Below, piece after piece: positions 58,137 through 64,000 of a stretch of DNA of 64,000 bases (positions within the stretch are counted from its first letter, which is position 1; every line of letters begins with the position of its first letter). The notes beneath the pieces are model-generated. The model was not told the origin of the DNA. It was given only the letters and a program-made list of their open reading frames with translations, and did not search any database. Both the position numbers and the translations under genes were made by a program. Source of the stretch: Anaerolineae bacterium (GTDB taxonomy: Bacteria > Chloroflexota > Anaerolineae > UBA1429); contig OY776562.1 of NCBI GenBank assembly GCA_963675785.1, positions 736,001 through 800,000 of the forward strand, written 5' to 3'.

Positions 58137-60842
58137 CTATTCCTTGCTGACGGCTAGGGTGGCAATGCCATGAGATCTCAGCGTCAGGCGCACCACATTG
58201 CCCTCCACGCTGACCTCTCCCGCCACAGGATTCCCTTCGAAATCCACCAGCTGCACACTTGCGCCTTGCAGTAGCCGTTCATCCAGGGTGAGAATCTCCT
58301 CGGCAACCGCATCCTCGGGGTTGAACAGGCGAATCTCGGCGGCATCCTGGTGGATGCGCACACTGGTGATAACCCCCGCCCCCTCTGCTTCGTAGAGGCT
58401 GTCCTTTGCAGCCAGGTTGCCCTCGCTCGGGCTATCCTGCATATCCGCCCACTGAAGCTGCGCCGTGCGCAGGCCGTTGGCCAGACGCTGGCCGCTCTTG
58501 CACAGGGCGTTGCGTTCGATGTTCTGGATGGGCATGATCCAATAGTGGAAAGCCAGATCTTGCAGCAGTTCGCCATCGGGTTCACCATTGGTGCCCACTG
58601 TGCGTTGCGTGCTGCGGTATAGGGTGAGAGCGATGGGACGCTGGGGCAGGTCGCGCACTGAGGCCTCATAGAGTCCCGTAGAAAGGATGGCTAGGCCGCC
58701 TTGCTCGTCGCATACTGCCGTCCAACTGCGTTGTGGGTGGGTCTCTGGCTCTGCTTCTCGCCAGGTGTGCCGTTGCGGGTTCAGGGCGATGGATCGTCGC
58801 ACCACGTCAAAGGGAGAATCTGCCTCGTACTCGCTGGCTGCACGGGCGCCGCTGTCGAACAGCACGCAAAGGCGGTGGTCGCGAATGGTGTTGTGTACCC
58901 GCGTCTCCACCTCCAGATGGTCGGCATTGGCATACAGGGTGATGCGCGAATCAATGACCAACGATTGCCAGTTCTCTTCGCGTGTCATGCACTCGAAATT
59001 CAAGGCCGCGGGCAGGTTGAGGCGGGTACGTACCCTTAGCGTGGCGCAATAAGGGCCATCCTGTACCAAGGCCACATCGGCGGCGCAGGCGCAGGAGGTG
59101 AATATCTGCTCGTTCACGGCTTCGCCATGATACCAGCCGTCGCCGATGTCGGCTCGATCCTCATAGCTCATCAGGTTGCTGTAAACCTTGCCGCTGCGTT
59201 TGTCGGTAACCGTTAGCGTGCCGTTACTGGCCACCGTTACGCTCAGATGGGCATTCTCCAGGCTGCTGTTAGAGGTAGCCAACTCCGGCGTCTCTGGATG
59301 ACGTGTTGGTAACCCCTGCTCTCCGGCGCGCACGGTCAGCGTGGTATAACCGGCGGCGGGGATGTCCAGCGGCAAGCAAACGCCCACGTTATTGCTCTGG
59401 TACGATTCGGGCGTGCGGTCATAGTGGATGCGCATGTGCTGGCGCCCCATGGTTTGGCTCAACCGCTGGTAAGGTATCTCCTGGCCGTCAGGCCCATAGA
59501 TGCGAAAGGCCGGCTTGGGTTCAAAGCCAAAGCGCTCGTTAAAGGTGGGCCATTCGGCGGGGATTTCCAGCGCCAATTCGACCGGCTCCTGCTGCGCCGT
59601 CGAGGCGGCATTGAACACGCAGACACGCAGTTCGTTAGGGGCGATTTCGCCCCGCACGTTGGCTGCGATCTTGCGCGTGGCTTCGATGGTCAACCGCTCG
59701 GCGATGCCCTCTGCTTGCTGAAAGCGGTAAACCATATCACGGTGCACAGCATCGATGCTGCAACCGCAGATCGAATCGTGCGGATGGTTCTTGAGCAGCC
59801 AATCCCAGGCCACGTTCAAATAGCCCTGTGGGTAGCGCTCGTCCAGCCAGTTGCTAGCCATCAACGAAAAGGGTTCGGCCCAACTGCACAGGGCAGCCTC
59901 GCAAGCGGCGTTCCATTGCTTGATCCACACGCGGCTAGAAAGCACGCCGGGGATGAGCCACTGGCTGTCCACATCACCCGGATAGATGGCTGGTTCGCGC
60001 AGTTCGCCCCGAACACGCGTGGTGATGCGCTCTCGCTGGGCGTACAGTTCGCTGGCAAAAGCATCCAGTGTGCTGTGCATATAGCGCAAATCGCCGTCGG
60101 GGGCGTTGATGCGTTCTTGAATTACCGTATAGCAATCCTTGTCCCAACCCTGGTGGTCGCAACCGTCGAACAGCAGCAACGGCGAGGCATCGGCGGCCGC
60201 TTTTTGTTCCTCGATAAAGGTATTCAGCGTCTGATTCAGTTCTTCTTGGGTCAGGCGGGGCAGGTGCTGGCCTGCTTTGCGCACTTGCAGCGCAAAGGAA
60301 CAGTAGCCCACGCGGCCAAAGCGGTAGCAGACCATCTCGGTGCCGTCGGCGCCCTCCCAGATCACGTGGCGATTCTCGGGCAGGTTGACCCCTCGCCAGA
60401 TAAAGCCGGTGTGGATGCCAAAGCCGGCCATGATCTGCGGAAGCTGGCTGTTGTGCCCAAAGATGTCGCATACAAATCCCGTGCGCGATGAGGCACCTCC
60501 CAGTGCTTTGGATACGGCCAGGCCCCGCTCCAGGTTGCGCACCATAGATTCGCCCGAGACCAGGAACTCGTCAGGCAGCACATACCAGGGGCCCAAAAGC
60601 AGCAGGCCGCGTTGTACATAATCGGCCACCATCTCGCGCCTCTCGGGGCGTACTTCGAGGTAATCCTCAATGGGCAGCGCTTGCCCGTCCATCTGAAAAG
60701 GCCCGGCCAGCGAACCGTCGCCGAGGCCATCCAGCACGTCATCAAGCAGTGTCACCAGTCGGTAGCGATAATCCTGAAAGGTCTGGTACCATTCGCGATC
60801 CCAGTGAGACGACAACACGTAATACACGTTCCGTTGGGGCAT
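58137..60842 (-). CDS. Alpha-mannosidase, GH38
   Basis: SHWDREWY, GPWYVLPD, CDIFGH and HPHDSICGCS motifs. Confidence 0.93.
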   Translation of the reverse strand: MPQRNVYYVLSSHWDREWYQTFQDYRYRLVTLLDDVLDGLGDGSLAGPFQMDGQALPIEDYLEVRPERREMVADYVQRGLLLLGPWYVLPDEFLVSGESMVRNLERGLAVSKALGGASSRTGFVCDIFGHNSQLPQIMAGFGIHTGFIWRGVNLPENRHVIWEGADGTEMVCYRFGRVGYCSFALQVRKAGQHLPRLTQEELNQTLNTFIEEQKAAADASPLLLFDGCDHQGWDKDCYTVIQERINAPDGDLRYMHSTLDAFASELYAQRERITTRVRGELREPAIYPGDVDSQWLIPGVLSSRVWIKQWNAACEAALCSWAEPFSLMASNWLDERYPQGYLNVAWDWLLKNHPHDSICGCSIDAVHRDMVYRFQQAEGIAERLTIEATRKIAANVRGEIAPNELRVCVFNAASTAQQEPVELALEIPAEWPTFNERFGFEPKPAFRIYGPDGQEIPYQRLSQTMGRQHMRIHYDRTPESYQSNNVGVCLPLDIPAAGYTTLTVRAGEQGLPTRHPETPELATSNSSLENAHLSVTVASNGTLTVTDKRSGKVYSNLMSYEDRADIGDGWYHGEAVNEQIFTSCACAADVALVQDGPYCATLRVRTRLNLPAALNFECMTREENWQSLVIDSRITLYANADHLEVETRVHNTIRDHRLCVLFDSGARAASEYEADSPFDVVRRSIALNPQRHTWREAEPETHPQRSWTAVCDEQGGLAILSTGLYEASVRDLPQRPIALTLYRSTQRTVGTNGEPDGELLQDLAFHYWIMPIQNIERNALCKSGQRLANGLRTAQLQWADMQDSPSEGNLAAKDSLYEAEGAGVITSVRIHQDAAEIRLFNPEDAVAEEILTLDERLLQGASVQLVDFEGNPVAGEVSVEGNVVRLTLRSHGIATLAVSKE

Positions 60843-60851
60843 GCCAGCCTC

Positions 60852-62537
60852 CTATTTATACGTTTCGGGTGTTGTGGGGCCGCTCACCGTCAGCCGTGGT
60901 TTGCCTTCCCATACGGCAGTGAGAATACCATCTGCTACGACAGTCATCGGTTCGGCGCTGCCAAGGGGCTCATCGACGCCCACAATCTCGACGCTACCGG
61001 CCAGTTCGATGTCCGCCAGTTCGTTAAAACGGAATTTGCGCACGGGGCCGCGATAGCAAACGGCCTGAACCCAACAGGTGTCGCCGTCACAGCCGCACTC
61101 CCAATAGATGGGCTCGCCGGCAAAGCGCCCGGGCAGGGTGTGCACCACAGCGCGATAGGGTGGGGCGATCAAAGCATAGCGACCCTCGCCGAGATCCTCC
61201 ACGGTCGCTCCCTGCGCCTGGAGCTGGTAGCGCAATGTGAATTCAGAGGTCTCAAAGGTGGCATCCTTCGGCCTGTCCAACGAGCAATGCCAATCGCCGC
61301 GGTCGGTCAGCAGGTTACAGGCTGTCAGCACACGGTTTTCGTGCTGGGCGCTGCGCAAATAGGCCGACGCGAACTCAACGCCGTTCTTCAAAAAGACCAG
61401 CCGCAAACAAGCCGCCGGGTCGTTTGCGGCCTTCCAATAGCCGATGAGCGGGCGGCGCTGTACCCAGGTATCGTCGTGGTTGGTGCTGCCCAGGCTTACC
61501 TCACGCGACATCCAGGTGGTGCCCATGCGCGAATCGAGAGGGTCTTCCTCCCTCACCAACACGTTACTGAACTGCACCGGGCAGGGCGAGAGCTCGTCAA
61601 AACGCGCCCGCAAGTCCTCAGGGCAGGGCAGCGGCTCCACCGGCGAAAAGAACACATCCATCTCGTGTTCCATGCTGGGGTGGATGGGGATATCAACACC
61701 CGTGCGCACGCCAAGCTCGTACACCGTGTTGGCTCGCAGTAAATCAGAGTAGGCGCGGCTGTGCGGCCCCGACCACTGGTTCGTGCCGGGGTGATAGTGG
61801 CGACAGATGGTTTCCCAGGCCACGCGGCGCAGTGTTTCGGCGCAGTCGCGGGCGATGGGATCTTTAGCCAGTTGCAGGGTGCGTTCGCATTCGTGCAGGG
61901 CGGTGATGGTATAGGTGGGGCTGTTATACTCGTTGAATCCGCCGTGGTATTCGGTATGCGCTACAAAGCGCTCCAACCGTCGACGACCGTAGGTGACCAG
62001 TCGCTTATCACTCAATATCTCGCCGGCGATGACGGTGACGGCGCCGCCCATAATGCCAATGTTCGTGTATCCCGGCCCCACGTTCCGCCTAAAGATAGAC
62101 CACCCGGCATGGCCCAGGGCTTGCAATATACCCTGCTCCACGTCAGCCTCTAGCTGATCGCGCTGCTCGATGATCATGTGTTCTAACAGGGCGCCGTTGA
62201 AATCGGCCCAGTTCCAGTCTGGCGGCGACATTTGTGCCAGGGGTTCTTCATAGAGATAGGGCCAAATGCCGTAGGTGGCCTCGCAGGGGTCTGTTTCCTG
62301 CAGGGTGAGCATCACTCGCACCACTTTGTTAGCGCGGACGGTGGCTTGTTCTTCTTTCAACCGTAGTAGGGCTAGCGCATAATTGAGGTTATCGCGTGTG
62401 CCGTGAACCCAGGTGTCTGCTGGCACGGTGCTGTGGTAGCCGCTGCTGTGGAATGGCCCACCAAACAAGTGCAGTTTGGCGTCATAGTTTTCTTCTTGCG
62501 CTTGAACGTATCGTCTGGCAAGTTCGACTTGCTCCAT
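60852..62537 (-). CDS. Hypothetical protein, possible (alpha/alpha)-barrel glycan lyase/heparinase-like
   Basis: Long ORF coupled to GH38; DWNWADF, YTNI, FNEYNSPTY and GPHSRAY motifs. The fold assignment is inference. Confidence 0.55.
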   Translation of the reverse strand: MEQVELARRYVQAQEENYDAKLHLFGGPFHSSGYHSTVPADTWVHGTRDNLNYALALLRLKEEQATVRANKVVRVMLTLQETDPCEATYGIWPYLYEEPLAQMSPPDWNWADFNGALLEHMIIEQRDQLEADVEQGILQALGHAGWSIFRRNVGPGYTNIGIMGGAVTVIAGEILSDKRLVTYGRRRLERFVAHTEYHGGFNEYNSPTYTITALHECERTLQLAKDPIARDCAETLRRVAWETICRHYHPGTNQWSGPHSRAYSDLLRANTVYELGVRTGVDIPIHPSMEHEMDVFFSPVEPLPCPEDLRARFDELSPCPVQFSNVLVREEDPLDSRMGTTWMSREVSLGSTNHDDTWVQRRPLIGYWKAANDPAACLRLVFLKNGVEFASAYLRSAQHENRVLTACNLLTDRGDWHCSLDRPKDATFETSEFTLRYQLQAQGATVEDLGEGRYALIAPPYRAVVHTLPGRFAGEPIYWECGCDGDTCWVQAVCYRGPVRKFRFNELADIELAGSVEIVGVDEPLGSAEPMTVVADGILTAVWEGKPRLTVSGPTTPETYK

Positions 62538-62601
62538 CGCCGATCCTTTTCTGCTAGGATGCTATGGCGTGCAGGCTAGCCTTGTTGCAGGGGCAAGTCA
62601 A

Positions 62602-62630
62602 GGGGGCGAGAGATATTTCTCTCGCCCCCA
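62602..62630. terminator. Intergenic hairpin
   Basis: GGGGGCGAGAGA, short loop, TCTCTCGCCCCC. Confidence 0.5.
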
Positions 62631-62657
62631 GTTTGTGCAGTTGATTCAGTTTTATGA

Positions 62658-64000
62658 TTAACGGCGCCACATAGAGCGTAGGCTGTGTACGGCCAGCTTG
62701 GGCTTGCGGTCGCGTGTAAACAGGCCGCGATAGTCAGTGCTGGCTGGGCTGGTGATGGACTGTGTGGCTTTGTAATCACACAATGCGCCGGTGATCTGCC
62801 CCACCACGAATTCCTTGCCCTGCATAATCTTGATGGCCCCGGCCAGTTCCTCGGCCTGGTACTCTTCCGAGAACATCTCCGAGGGCATGGCGTGGTTGCC
62901 GGGAATTGCCGGGCAGGCGAACTGGGTCACGATGATCGGCTTGGCGAATTTCTCATAGAGAGCATCCAGACCGGTGGCGAACTCGGTCAATCCATCCTTG
63001 AGCTGTCCCGGATGTGTATCCCAGCCAGGACGATAGTTCAGGCAGACCACGTCCAGGTCAGAAAAGGCTGTTTCCAGCAGTCCAGTTTCGCTAATAGTGG
63101 TCAGCAGTCGACTGTCGTCCACGCTGCGTAGGTCATCAGCAAACCTTTTCTGTGCCACCCTGGCTGCGCCGCGCCGCGAGAATCCTTCCGTCACCAGCGA
63201 ATACATGATCACGCTGGGGTGGTTGCGGTGGGCTGTGCCAAACTCTTTGATAACCTCGCGGGCGCGCAAATAACGCTTTTCCAACCCTGGGCCGCCATAA
63301 GCAAAGCCCGCCAACGGCGATTCATCGATCACCACAAAGCCAAGGCGGTCGGCCATATCCAGCAGTGTTTCTGAAGCGGGTAGTCCATAACTGCGGATGC
63401 AGTTGGCACCCATCCAGCGCATCACCGAGAAATCGCGAACCAGGGCCGCATCGAGCGGGCCGCGACCAACGGCAGCGAAATCAGCGGGCAAACCAAAGCC
63501 CTTGATGCTGAGGGGCTCGCCGTTCAACAGAACCTGGTCACCCTCGACCTTGATGCTGCGAACGCCTATGGGCAGAGTGTACTTGTCAAAAATACCCAGG
63601 CCGGTGCGCAACTCAATGGTGAGCTCGTACAAATTGGGCGCTTGGGGGCTCCACAAAGTAGCATGTGGTACACGCAGGGCCAATTTGCCCTCCTGGCCCA
63701 CACCCTCGGCCTCGGCGCTGTACTCGGCGCCAAAACCATTGAGAATGATGCGCACTTCAGCAGCACTGGCGGCGTCACGTGTAACGCTAACTTCGATAAT
63801 ACCATCGGCGCCCATAATATCCGTGCGTACAAAGACGTCCTTCAAGGCGCCGTTGGGCCGCGTATAGATGAATACCGGCTGATCAATGCCGCAGTAGGGG
63901 TAGGTATTAAAGTTGCTATCCGGATAGCTGGGATGAGCATAGGTATCGTCGGGATGGTATGTAACCTTTCCAGGCGGCACGCGATACTCAGAAAGGGTCG
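62658..64000 (-). CDS. GH2 beta-glucuronidase-like protein with degenerate active site (5'-truncated by the window edge)
   Basis: WSP..P.LY, GVRSI, LNGEP...KGFG, FSEEYQ and GLFTRDRKPK motifs. The frame is open to the window end. Confidence 0.85.
   Translation of the reverse strand, partial: TLSEYRVPPGKVTYHPDDTYAHPSYPDSNFNTYPYCGIDQPVFIYTRPNGALKDVFVRTDIMGADGIIEVSVTRDAASAAEVRIILNGFGAEYSAEAEGVGQEGKLALRVPHATLWSPQAPNLYELTIELRTGLGIFDKYTLPIGVRSIKVEGDQVLLNGEPLSIKGFGLPADFAAVGRGPLDAALVRDFSVMRWMGANCIRSYGLPASETLLDMADRLGFVVIDESPLAGFAYGGPGLEKRYLRAREVIKEFGTAHRNHPSVIMYSLVTEGFSRRGAARVAQKRFADDLRSVDDSRLLTTISETGLLETAFSDLDVVCLNYRPGWDTHPGQLKDGLTEFATGLDALYEKFAKPIIVTQFACPAIPGNHAMPSEMFSEEYQAEELAGAIKIMQGKEFVVGQITGALCDYKATQSITSPASTDYRGLFTRDRKPKLAVHSLRSMWRR

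Noticed and set aside
59424-61742. Long plus-strand ORFs (355 and 376 aa), and similar ones at 32658-33587, 45117-45953 and 3143-3952
   Set aside because: Antisense shadows of well-supported genes in GC-rich DNA, with no domain motifs.
1-64000. CRISPR arrays, rRNA/tRNA genes, IS elements, prophage genes
   Set aside because: No regularly spaced repeats, tRNA/rRNA signatures or transposase, integrase or phage motifs were seen by eye; short degenerate elements could have been missed.

Overview
A 64-kb bacterial chromosomal segment, mostly about 55-60% GC by eye. The gene set (GT-C-like membrane proteins, SNF2/SWIM pair, large FtsX-type permease, many sugar enzymes) suggests Anaerolineae/Chloroflexota; this is inference. 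Contents in order: a partial GH42 beta-galactosidase, a glycosylation cluster with metG embedded, a SNF2-SWIM operon, FmdE-TrmO and ThuA genes, manA, sugar kinases, an ABC-2 exporter, an orphan prepilin, tpiA and gatB, and a roughly 31-kb glycan/sulfated-sugar catabolic region (GH106-like, GH3, GH36, GH51, GH38, GH2-like, two sulfatases). The most striking element is an AT-rich stand-alone insertion at 16984-20421 encoding a 1145-aa reverse transcriptase-nitrilase fusion (DRT1-like, UG/Abi defence RT) with a roughly 200-nt potentially structured leader. Other notable points: a capA-family gene flanked by a 56-bp duplication of a neighbouring gene's 5' end, an unannotated 40-codon leader ORF upstream of metG, and a GH2 beta-glucuronidase homologue with degenerate catalytic motifs. 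No rRNA, tRNA, CRISPR array, transposase or integrase was recognised. All calls come from reading motifs by eye, with no database searches.
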